From Desulfobulbus propionicus DSM 2032 (GTDB taxonomy: Bacteria; Desulfobacterota; Desulfobulbia; Desulfobulbales; Desulfobulbaceae), in contig NC_014972.1 of the NCBI RefSeq assembly GCF_000186885.1, positions 1,140,001-1,172,000 of the forward strand: a DNA stretch of 32,000 nt, read 5' to 3'. Positions 6,953 to 14,019 of this stretch are shown piece by piece. Numbering within the stretch: position 1 is the stretch's first letter; every line of letters starts with the position of its first letter. The notes below the pieces were generated by a model that searched no databases, was not told where the DNA came from, and saw only the letters and a list, made by a program, of their open reading frames with translations. The translations under genes were made by a program, and so were the position numbers.

Positions 6953-8599
6953 TTACTGCTCGATAGATGTGACCTTGGGAACCGGCTTAAAAGCTACACC
7001 TCGAAAGATCTCGTAGCCGTCGAGAGAAGTGTGTGTGACACCGAGGCCAATGTTATGCGACAGGAGTTCTTTGACCCGGCCTTTTGAAAAAGGATGGCGC
7101 CCATTATCCTTGCACCATTCCTTGTATGCTGCGTAGAATTCTGCACGTCGAACCTTGTGTTCGTCACCCCGGATGCACTCTTCGTGGATGAATTCTAAGA
7201 GAGAATTAGCGGTGAGGCGCCATTTCTCCATCAGTCGATCATGAGCCTTCGAATTTGAGAACTTGCCGTTCTCTAAAAGCCGTTTAGCGCCTTCCAGTGC
7301 CCAGTGCGCAATACCAGAGAGCTCTTTCTGGATGATGCGATCGGCAATGCCTGGATCGATCGGCAACCCTGTACGTAAGCGACTATTGGGAAACTCAATG
7401 ATCAGCCAACGGCAAAAAAAAGCCTCACTGTGATCGTTGGTGGTGATGAGGTGGTTCGACATAAATAAATGAGCCGCCTCGTTTTTAAAAGTGAAAGGCC
7501 GTTGGCCTGGATGTCGTCCGGCAACCAAGTCTCCACCGGTGACCGTTTTGAACTCGGCAGACGGAATGGGCTTGGAATCTGGCAACTCACCAACCGAATT
7601 AAGCCGCTTGCCTGCCAATGAGGCCAGATAGTATTCGCCGTTCCATTTGAAGGGCGACACCGCTGAAACGAACTCCCCTGGAATCAGATTGGTTATGATT
7701 CTCTCCATGGTACCCTTTCCAGCGCGGCCGAATGGATCATAGAACAAAATAGCCTTCTGAAATTGCGCCATAAGGCCGAGAATGATGGCTCCAAAAATCT
7801 CCTGAAGGAGAGTCACTTGTTGTTCTTCGTCGCCCGGTTCACTGGATTTGAAAGTATCATGCAGAAAAATGTCAAATAGAGGTGTTTTCTGCTGCTGCGG
7901 AGTAACATCGACCATCACACGCTGCCGATGTGGGGCGGTTAGAGCTTCAACACATATCTGGTGATCTTTGAGATGGTGGAAGCCGTTGGCACAGGCCAAC
8001 CCAACCGGTACATTCGTAAAGAATGTATCGTCCGTGGTGATCATGATCAGGTGATTGGCGATCCCACAGTAGTCCGTACTCCTGGTGCAGTTCTCCTTAC
8101 CGTCATATACTTCGGCGATATGTCGGGTGAGTGTCTCGAACGGGAATTTGATCCAGATGGTTGTCTCTGAATCGAGTACAAAGAGACTGCCCTGATATGC
8201 TACCGGTCGATTACCATCGACAGTCAGTCTATCCGTCATGTCGGTGGCATAACCGTGATGGGTCTGGGCAAGGTCCTCGTTCTTGGTGGCAGTTGCTTTG
8301 ATGGCCTTATCAAGGCTGACTACGGAGATATCCTTGTTGGCCTTTAACTCAGCACGGATACGAGCAAACTCTGCCGGATCATGCTTGTTGATGAAAGCAA
8401 GAGTTTCGACAGCTTCTGGTTCAAAAGGAGCTCCGCAATCGTTTGCCGCCCTTTCGACAAGACGTTTTGCTTCTTCCTTGGCGTGAGTCAATTTGCATTG
8501 ATCGCTTTCCTGATCAATGAGCTGCAGGGTGGTTCCCATTTCACTGTCAGGTGATGCAGCGGTCGAAAGCTTAAGTTCCTGATTTTCTTTTTGTTGCAT
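6953..8599 (-). CDS. P4/D5-family primase-helicase C-terminal-type protein (SF3 NTPase)
   Basis: 548 aa. Walker A is FGRAGKGT. The block LNSVGELPDS...FKTVTGGDLVAGRH...FMSNHLITTNDHSEAFFCRWLIIEFPN has the layout of the phage/plasmid primase P4-family C-terminal domain. No clear TOPRIM or AEP motif was seen in the N-terminal 230 aa. Confidence 0.8.
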   Translation of the reverse strand: MQQKENQELKLSTAASPDSEMGTTLQLIDQESDQCKLTHAKEEAKRLVERAANDCGAPFEPEAVETLAFINKHDPAEFARIRAELKANKDISVVSLDKAIKATATKNEDLAQTHHGYATDMTDRLTVDGNRPVAYQGSLFVLDSETTIWIKFPFETLTRHIAEVYDGKENCTRSTDYCGIANHLIMITTDDTFFTNVPVGLACANGFHHLKDHQICVEALTAPHRQRVMVDVTPQQQKTPLFDIFLHDTFKSSEPGDEEQQVTLLQEIFGAIILGLMAQFQKAILFYDPFGRAGKGTMERIITNLIPGEFVSAVSPFKWNGEYYLASLAGKRLNSVGELPDSKPIPSAEFKTVTGGDLVAGRHPGQRPFTFKNEAAHLFMSNHLITTNDHSEAFFCRWLIIEFPNSRLRTGLPIDPGIADRIIQKELSGIAHWALEGAKRLLENGKFSNSKAHDRLMEKWRLTANSLLEFIHEECIRGDEHKVRRAEFYAAYKEWCKDNGRHPFSKGRVKELLSHNIGLGVTHTSLDGYEIFRGVAFKPVPKVTSIEQ

Positions 8600-8727
8600 A
8601 GTTGATTTCTCATCATAAGAAGTTCCCCGGTAGTACTGCTGTTAATCTGAGCCGTTGTCATGATGACCTCGACCGGTTCCGGTAAACACTCCGGAACTCG
8701 TGCCCCTTGGCTTACGAATTCTCGACT

Positions 8728-8743
8728 GACGCATAAATATGCG
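8728..8743. promoter_or_regulatory. operator-like inverted repeat upstream of the primase-helicase gene
   Basis: ACGCATA-AA-TATGCGT has 7-bp perfect arms and lies about 130 nt upstream of the start at 8599. The hairpin GTTCCGG-N8-CCGGAAC at 8675-8696 lies in the same leader. Confidence 0.3.
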
Positions 8744-8844
8744 TAAATGTGATTTTGTTATTTCTTGTTACGGTTTTCTTTCTTTTTTGATCACCTCCTT
8801 GAAAGTGTGAAACTTGCATTTTTGTGAGCAGCCCGTCCCCCGTC

Positions 8845-8867
8845 CTGAAAATCCACTTTGACTGTGG
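8845..8867. repeat. island box copy Z: TGAAAATCCACTTTGACTGTGGA
   Basis: It shares TGAAAA(A)TCCACTTT with copies X and Y, then diverges. Confidence 0.45.
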
Positions 8868-8873
8868 AAGGCG

Positions 8874-8928
8874 CGTTAGCTATTAGCTAACAGAAACCTT
8901 CCAAGTCCAACTTGCTGTTGGACTTGGA
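8874..8928. repeat. two adjacent perfect palindromes
   Basis: GTTAGCTA-T-TAGCTAAC occupies 8874-8890. TTCCAAGTCCAAC-TTGCT-GTTGGACTTGGAA occupies 8898-8928 (13-bp arms). No U-tract lies on either side. They directly abut a very AT-rich stretch at about 8935-9165. Confidence 0.6.
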
Positions 8929-9389
8929 AACCGATCATTTGCAGAATTATGCTAAAATTGCAAGCAAGTCAACTGTAATTTTTTAGAAATTAAAAAATTA
9001 AAGACTTAATGAATAAAAGATGTATAAACATTAGTAAATAGAATTCCTTGTTAAAGCGGATTGAATAGGTAGTGAAAATTTAATGAAGTTATATGTCTTA
9101 AACCTTATGTTTTGTTGATGCCTATTTGAGGCACTTTCGCTTAATGTATTTTCTATGCTGAAGTAAAGGTGCTTTACCTTGAATATTTTTCTCCAAGGAT
9201 AAATACCCCTACGTGAAGGTGAAATGGTAAGGTATCTCACGTTATCCTTATGCGGCAGAGCCAAAGCGATAAGCGGTAGAGCCTTTCGCTCATGAGAGAG
9301 CCGACAAGATTGATTTTTAGTTGTTAGCCTCCTCGGATCGATAGGGGGAGGAAAGGGGGCGCAATTTTTTCGGTAGCACTCCACCCCCT

Positions 9390-9412
9390 CTGAAAAACCC
9401 ACTTTTCCCACT
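9390..9412. repeat. island box copy Y: TGAAAAACCCACTTTTCCCACTA
   Basis: It lies just 3' (minus strand) of the stop of the 58-aa ORF at 9458. As with copy X, G-rich and C-rich arms sit beside it (AGGGGGAGGAAAGGGGG ... CCACCCCCTC). Confidence 0.6.
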
Positions 9413-9457
9413 ATTCGAGTAGGCGGGGCGGCGTCTTGATGCGTATCTCCTCGGAAA

Positions 9458-9634
9458 CTATAAAAATTTCCAGTAGAAGTACACGGCGATACCAATGGTC
9501 GCTAAAACCATGACCGGTATGGGGTACAGGAAAGCCAGGACAGTGATGCAGATAATCCCGATGCCTTGGGTTGAACGAAAGAACATGCTCAAGACGGCAG
9601 CGGTAATCAGGGCGCAGGTCAGTGAAAGGATCAT
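9458..9634 (-). CDS. small hydrophobic membrane protein (58 aa), not in the ORF track
   Basis: The ATG at 9634 overlaps the upstream TGA as ATGA, with GGAG 8 nt upstream. Translation is MILSLTCALITAAVLSMFFRSTQGIGIICITVLAFLYPIPVMVLATIGIAVYFYWKFL, giving 2-3 hydrophobic segments. It falls below the 60-aa track cutoff. Confidence 0.55.
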   Translation of the reverse strand: MILSLTCALITAAVLSMFFRSTQGIGIICITVLAFLYPIPVMVLATIGIAVYFYWKFL

Positions 9635-9981
9635 TTGAGCATCTCCTGTATGAAGGAACTTGGATCACAGCAGAGGTAGCTGTGCTTATCAATCAACTGA
9701 ACCAGGCCTTCGTTCAGGAGTGCGGCCAATAGAAATCCACCGGTATTGGCTGACTTTCCCTTGAAGATTGCTTGGAGCAAATCCGAGGAGATAGGCTTGT
9801 TATCTTCGACGCCCAGCCGCTCCAAGGTGACCCACTCTTTGCAAAAGAAACCACCATTCGAATTCCCATGGAGCTGGAGATAGATCACTTCTTCCCGCCT
9901 TCCAACGTGGTAGGTCAATGAGGTCTTGCCGGAGAGGGAAGGGCAATGACCTATCTTGATTATCTTGATAACTTCACTCAT
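9631..9981 (-). CDS. hypothetical protein (116 aa), middle gene of the coupled operon
   Basis: ATGA overlaps at both ends. Composition is plausible (MSEVIKIIKIGHCPSLSGKTSLTYHVGRREEVIYLQLHGNSNGGFF...). No family was recognised. Confidence 0.65.
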   Translation of the reverse strand: MSEVIKIIKIGHCPSLSGKTSLTYHVGRREEVIYLQLHGNSNGGFFCKEWVTLERLGVEDNKPISSDLLQAIFKGKSANTGGFLLAALLNEGLVQLIDKHSYLCCDPSSFIQEMLK

Positions 9982-10229
9982 GATTGAATCTCCCTGCTGA
10001 GTTCCCAGGCATCCAGCCCCATATCGATATAGTCGCGTTCATCCAGGTGGTGCTCGATGGCTGCTTTGACTTCCTCCATGGCGAGTTGGATGTCTTCCGG
10101 TGTGAGATAGAGGGCATCCGGTCCGAGCCGCTGGACGATTGCTTTGAGAACGGATTCGGAGGTGAAACTGTGAAGTGCGTCTTGGGGGCTGATTTGAGAG
10201 AGTTGGGTAATGATTTCTTGGTGTGTCAT
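9978..10229 (-). CDS. hypothetical acidic protein (83 aa), first gene of the coupled operon
   Basis: RBS TAGGAGCCCATT lies before the ATG at 10229, and an ATGA overlap links it to the next gene. No family was recognised. Confidence 0.65.
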   Translation of the reverse strand: MTHQEIITQLSQISPQDALHSFTSESVLKAIVQRLGPDALYLTPEDIQLAMEEVKAAIEHHLDERDYIDMGLDAWELSREIQS

Positions 10230-10907
10230 AATGGGCTCCTATTGGCTGGAAATAAAAAAGCCCCATGGCTGAGTAGCCGCAGGGCGATAACGGGACATGA
10301 AAGCTTGTTTAGGCTTTCATATAAGATGGCGGATTAGGCGAAATAGGAGCAGGTTCGTTATGGGATGCTGTTAGATTAGCCCTAGGGGAGGTAAATAAAA
10401 TTCTTCTATGTGTTGATTTTATGAGTCTGTATATACGTGGTTTTGATCGATGAATAGGTATATTTACCGGGGTTGATTTTTTGGTGTTGTAGGGGTAGAT
10501 GAAAATAAGATTCTATCCATCAAATCATGTGGTTCTGTGCGATAGAAGATTAGCACCGTTCCATATTGCGTTTTGCCTTATCAACGGCCTTTTATTTGGT
10601 GATGCTAAGTATAGCCGCATTTTATTGGAGTCTTTTTATGAAATAGGTGCCGTTGGATCCAATTTGGTGAAGTCAATATTCATTGGAACTATCTTGACCA
10701 GTTAAAAAACACCGCTTCTTCAATCTTGATTACCCTATCACTTTTTATCTTTTTTTGACTTTGTCTTATTTATTAATCTAACTACGAGAATTGTTTCAAT
10801 ATTGTGAAATTACATAAACATTTAACAAGTGCGACGGCTGAGTATCTCATATAAAAATTGGTCCAACCATATTGATATGTGTCCAAATATAAAAAGGAAT
10901 CACCCCT

Positions 10908-12671
10908 ATGTCACAACTCAGATTTCATGTTGACACGCGTTTAGCTTTTCTGCTGAGTGAGAATTACAGATCAACTGAAAATGCAATCAAAGAGCTTGTT
11001 GACAACGCTTGGGACGCAGATGCTGAAAGAGTAAAAGTGTTCTTACCTGAACCGCTAACAGTCAATCCTGAAATTATCGTTGAAGATGATGGAACAGGTA
11101 TGATCGAAGAGGAATTACGTCGAGAATATCTCTTTATTGCCAGTGATCGGCGGCAGAGGCGTGGAGAAAGAACTGCGTCAAAAAAGCGAAAAGTTAAAGG
11201 GAGAAAGGGTATTGGTAAATTTGCTGGTCTAATGACAGCATCAACCATGAAACTAGAAACTTGCGCACGAGGTATATGTTCTTCATTTTCCGTTACCAGA
11301 GATGAATTCAAGAAATTTGATGATATCGAGGGGATGCCCATTAATTTGTTTACAAAAAAGGTTTCTCAAGAAAAACATGGCACAAGAATAATATTATCAA
11401 ACTTGAACCAAGACCTAACCTTTCCAAATCCAACCAAATTAAAACAATTACTCATTCAAGAATACGGCAGGGAAATTGATTTCAATGTTGAAGTCAATGG
11501 GAAGGAGCTCGGTATTGACGATGTTCAAGGCAATTTTACTGAAATAAAAAAGGAAATTCCAAAAGTTGGAGAAGTTAATCTTCAGTTTACAATTAGCAAT
11601 CAGAAAAGAAAATTAAGACAGCCTGGTATAGCTATTAGAGTAGGTGGTAAAATAGTTGGAAATCCTAGCTTTTTTGGCTTGGAAAAGGTGGACGATTTTC
11701 CACCGAAGCTATTGGATAAACTATACGGTGAAGTTGAGGCTGATGGTCTTGCGGACCATGTTACTGCTGACTGGGGCGCATTAATCGAAAATAGTGAACT
11801 GCTTAAAAAGGTAGAAGATGTTTTTCAACCTATTCTGAAAGAAAAATTTAAAGAAGAATATGGCAGAGAAATTAATCTAGCTCAGGCAAGACTCAAAAAA
11901 AAGATAAATGAGAGGCTTGCATTACTACCTGAACACAAACGAGAATACGCAGACAAAGCTATTAAAAAAATCCTCCAAAGGTACTATGGAGAGCCAGAAT
12001 CAAAATTGGAGCCTATTGTTAATGTTGTCTTGGATTCACTGGAACGATCTGATTATAGGATAGTGATTGAGCATCTATATGAGGCAAGTAATTCTGATAT
12101 TGCCACATTGGCAGAAGTGCTTTGTGAGTTTGGATTAATTGAATTAGCAATTATGGCAGAACAGACAAATGGCCGTTTGACTTTCCTTGATTATCTTGAG
12201 CAAATCTGTATAAATCCAACAACATTAGAAGAACTTCCCCATAAAGCTATTGAGAATAATCTATGGGTAATTGGACATGAATTCACTCTATTCAGTTCGA
12301 ATAAAACACTTAAACGTCAAGTTGAGGAATATTTAGAGAAAGATTACAAAAGCAACATTGGAGAAAAGCGACCTGATTTGCTTCTCAATGAAAACATTCT
12401 TCAAGAATACCTTCTTATTGAATTTAAACGCCCAAGTCACAACCTGATATATAAAGATTATCAACAAGCCACTCGCTACAGAAATGACTTTGGGAAATAT
12501 ACAGACAAGGAAATCAAGGTGGTAATTATTGGCGGAAAAAGGGGGGGCGATCTACCACCAAAGAAGCACAGAGAGCCCTCAGTCGAAATACTTGTGTACC
12601 CTGAGCTTATTTCTGCGGCGCGTAAGCGTCTAGACTGGTTGTTGAAAGAGCTGAGAAATAGAACAAATTGA
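10908..12671 (+). CDS. GHKL (Bergerat-fold) ATPase fused to a C-terminal PD-(D/E)xK nuclease resembling the Shedu/DUF4263 core
   Basis: 587 aa. N-box is ELVDNAWDAD (aa 29-38), G1 is EDDGTGM (59-65), G2 is GRKGIGKFAG (98-107). The C-terminus reads FLDYLEQI...NNLWVIGHEF...RPD490LLL-x11-LLIE505FK507RP...YQQATRY. RBS AAAGGAAT lies before the ATG. Confidence 0.8.
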   Translation: MSQLRFHVDTRLAFLLSENYRSTENAIKELVDNAWDADAERVKVFLPEPLTVNPEIIVEDDGTGMIEEELRREYLFIASDRRQRRGERTASKKRKVKGRKGIGKFAGLMTASTMKLETCARGICSSFSVTRDEFKKFDDIEGMPINLFTKKVSQEKHGTRIILSNLNQDLTFPNPTKLKQLLIQEYGREIDFNVEVNGKELGIDDVQGNFTEIKKEIPKVGEVNLQFTISNQKRKLRQPGIAIRVGGKIVGNPSFFGLEKVDDFPPKLLDKLYGEVEADGLADHVTADWGALIENSELLKKVEDVFQPILKEKFKEEYGREINLAQARLKKKINERLALLPEHKREYADKAIKKILQRYYGEPESKLEPIVNVVLDSLERSDYRIVIEHLYEASNSDIATLAEVLCEFGLIELAIMAEQTNGRLTFLDYLEQICINPTTLEELPHKAIENNLWVIGHEFTLFSSNKTLKRQVEEYLEKDYKSNIGEKRPDLLLNENILQEYLLIEFKRPSHNLIYKDYQQATRYRNDFGKYTDKEIKVVIIGGKRGGDLPPKKHREPSVEILVYPELISAARKRLDWLLKELRNRTN

Positions 12672-12880
12672 AATCACATATCAAGTCAATAAACCTGACC
12701 GGAAATAGCGGCGTTCTTAAATGGTGGGCAATACGTCGGCCGGCAAATTATTTCACCGTTACGAGTCAATATTGCTCCTGTTTATTTTAACCTGAGTCGT
12801 TTCCTCTAATTTGAGGAAAATTTGGATCATAAACAATAGAAAGTATTTTTCAGTAAAACCTACGATCATTGGAGGCAATC

Positions 12881-13375
12881 ATGACAATTTCATCTTCTGA
12901 AGCTCAGCTTGAATTGACGCTCTTGAATGCAAAAACGAACGGTTTTGATGAGCACGATGCATTTACATCGTTTGTCAATGCTGGCTTGCCAATGGAAATA
13001 ATTTTAAGGTTAAAAGAGCTGTGGGGGGCAACCAAAGTTCTGGGGGGTAAGGTTATTCGTATTGGCAAGATAATAGTCATAGAGATCATTAAATTCATTA
13101 ATGAAAATCCAAATTTGGCCACAGGGGTTGCCGTGGGGGCCGCAGTCGGGTCATTGATCAGTCTTGTGCCTTATCTGGGTCCGTTGCTAGCGCCGCTTTC
13201 AACTGCTATTGGAGCTTTGTTAGGGGGGCTGGCAGGAGCAAGGCTTGATCGCACTAATAAAAATGCACAAGGAATCGTTGGAGTTGCTCAAGATGTCATT
13301 GTTGTAGCTCGCAAATTTTTTGAATTGCTTGCATCTATTTTTATGGCTCTAAAAGAAAAATTGAATGATGAATAA
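12881..13375 (+). CDS. glycine-zipper membrane protein 1 (164 aa)
   Basis: The start was moved to the ATG at 12881, behind GGAGG at 12871-12875; the track uses TTG at 12869. The central segment is NLATGVAVGAAVGSLISLVPYLGPLLAPLSTAIGALLGGLAGA (GxxxG/AxxxG repeats). Confidence 0.7.
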   Translation: MTISSSEAQLELTLLNAKTNGFDEHDAFTSFVNAGLPMEIILRLKELWGATKVLGGKVIRIGKIIVIEIIKFINENPNLATGVAVGAAVGSLISLVPYLGPLLAPLSTAIGALLGGLAGARLDRTNKNAQGIVGVAQDVIVVARKFFELLASIFMALKEKLNDE

Positions 13376-13386
13376 AAGATGCGAGT

Positions 13387-13944
13387 ATGAAAAAACCCAC
13401 GATTGATGAATATATTCAAGCCTTAGAAAAGATGAAGGAAAGCCCAGGTGACCGGATTGGGATATTGGGAGAATTAGGAGTGACAGGGTTAGGGGTTACA
13501 GCAGGAGTGGCACTTTCTGGTACTGTTGCAGGAGCCGCTGGAGCAGCTACCCTTGCTGGATCGACAACATTGGCATCTATTTTAGGCGGGATATTTGTAA
13601 CTACAACTCCTATTGGATGGGTGGTTGGTGCTGCATTCACAGGAGGAGTGTTGGCCTATACAGCAAGTCAGATGATACGAAGCGGAGAAAAATGTGATAT
13701 CTATAAAACAGAAACGATTAAAGAGCTTGAGAATAGAGTTAAAATTTTGCGAAACGAGGCTGAATATTCTTCGCTGCATGAAGAAAAGATGAAAAAAATA
13801 ATAACGAGTTTGCAATTTTTGGTAGCTAATACGATTGTGACTCAAGAAAAATCAACTGAATTGTTGGCAGCGATTGAATCGGGGATTTTGAGTATTGATG
13901 ATGCTTTTGATTTGGTCGAGGAATTGTTGAAAGAGAACAGATAA
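13387..13944 (+). CDS. glycine-zipper membrane protein 2 (185 aa) with a C-terminal helical or coiled region
   Basis: The hydrophobic stretch is GILGELGVTGLGVTAGVALSGTVAGAAGAATLAGSTTLASILGGIFVTTTPIGWVVGAAFTGGVLAY, followed by a charged helical tail. It lies 11 nt after the previous gene. Confidence 0.7.
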   Translation: MKKPTIDEYIQALEKMKESPGDRIGILGELGVTGLGVTAGVALSGTVAGAAGAATLAGSTTLASILGGIFVTTTPIGWVVGAAFTGGVLAYTASQMIRSGEKCDIYKTETIKELENRVKILRNEAEYSSLHEEKMKKIITSLQFLVANTIVTQEKSTELLAAIESGILSIDDAFDLVEELLKENR

Positions 13945-13962
13945 TCAATTTTTAATTTAATG

Positions 13963-13992
13963 AGGCGCCTGACCACAACGGATCAAGCGCCT
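13963..13992 (-). terminator. hairpin terminator after the island-supplied hisHF 3' end (possibly bidirectional)
   Basis: The minus-strand RNA AGGCGCUUGAUC-CGUUGU-GGUCAGGCGCCU forms a 12-bp stem with two G-U pairs, followed by CAUUAAAUUAAAAAUU. On the plus strand the stem has two C-A mismatches. Confidence 0.5.
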
Positions 13993-14019
13993 TTCTAAGT
14001 CAATGATTTGGGGAAGAAC

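Noticed and set aside
6596-6966. 100-codon N-terminal extension of the integrase ORF, and ORFs 6558-6935 (-), 6645-6917 (+) and 6700-6966 (+).
   Set aside because: All are Pro/Gly/Arg-rich translations of a G-run/C-run spacer. The integrase has a strong RBS at its internal ATG at 6595, and its arm-binding domain starts there.
8788-8799. GATCACCTCCTT, identical to the 3' tail of 16S rRNA; on the minus strand it reads as a perfect Shine-Dalgarno AAGGAGGTGATC.
   Set aside because: No flanking 16S similarity, so it is not an rRNA fragment. No start codon lies at a usable distance downstream on the minus strand. The only ORFs nearby are peptides of 35 aa or fewer without support. I treat it as coincidence or a leader element.
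9031-9692. Tracked minus-strand ORFs 9031-9495 (154 aa) and 9411-9692 (93 aa).
   Set aside because: They cross AT-rich non-coding DNA and the repeat box, and their composition is odd (many Cys, His, Arg and Tyr). They have no RBS and are out of frame with the well-supported coupled 58-aa ORF that occupies 9458-9634.
10499-10705. 68-aa plus-strand ORF in the long intergenic region.
   Set aside because: No convincing RBS, no recognisable fold or TM pattern, and it lies in an AT-rich control region. Kept only as a remote possibility.
12700-12770. GC-rich patch (GACCGGAAATAGCGGCG…GTCGGCCGGC…CCGTTACGAG) downstream of the GHKL gene, considered as another attC or att site.
   Set aside because: It lacks RYYYAAC/GTTRRRY boxes and has no extended inverted repeat. 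The nearby TTTCCTC-N6-GAGGAAA hairpin at about 12804-12823 lacks a U-tract.
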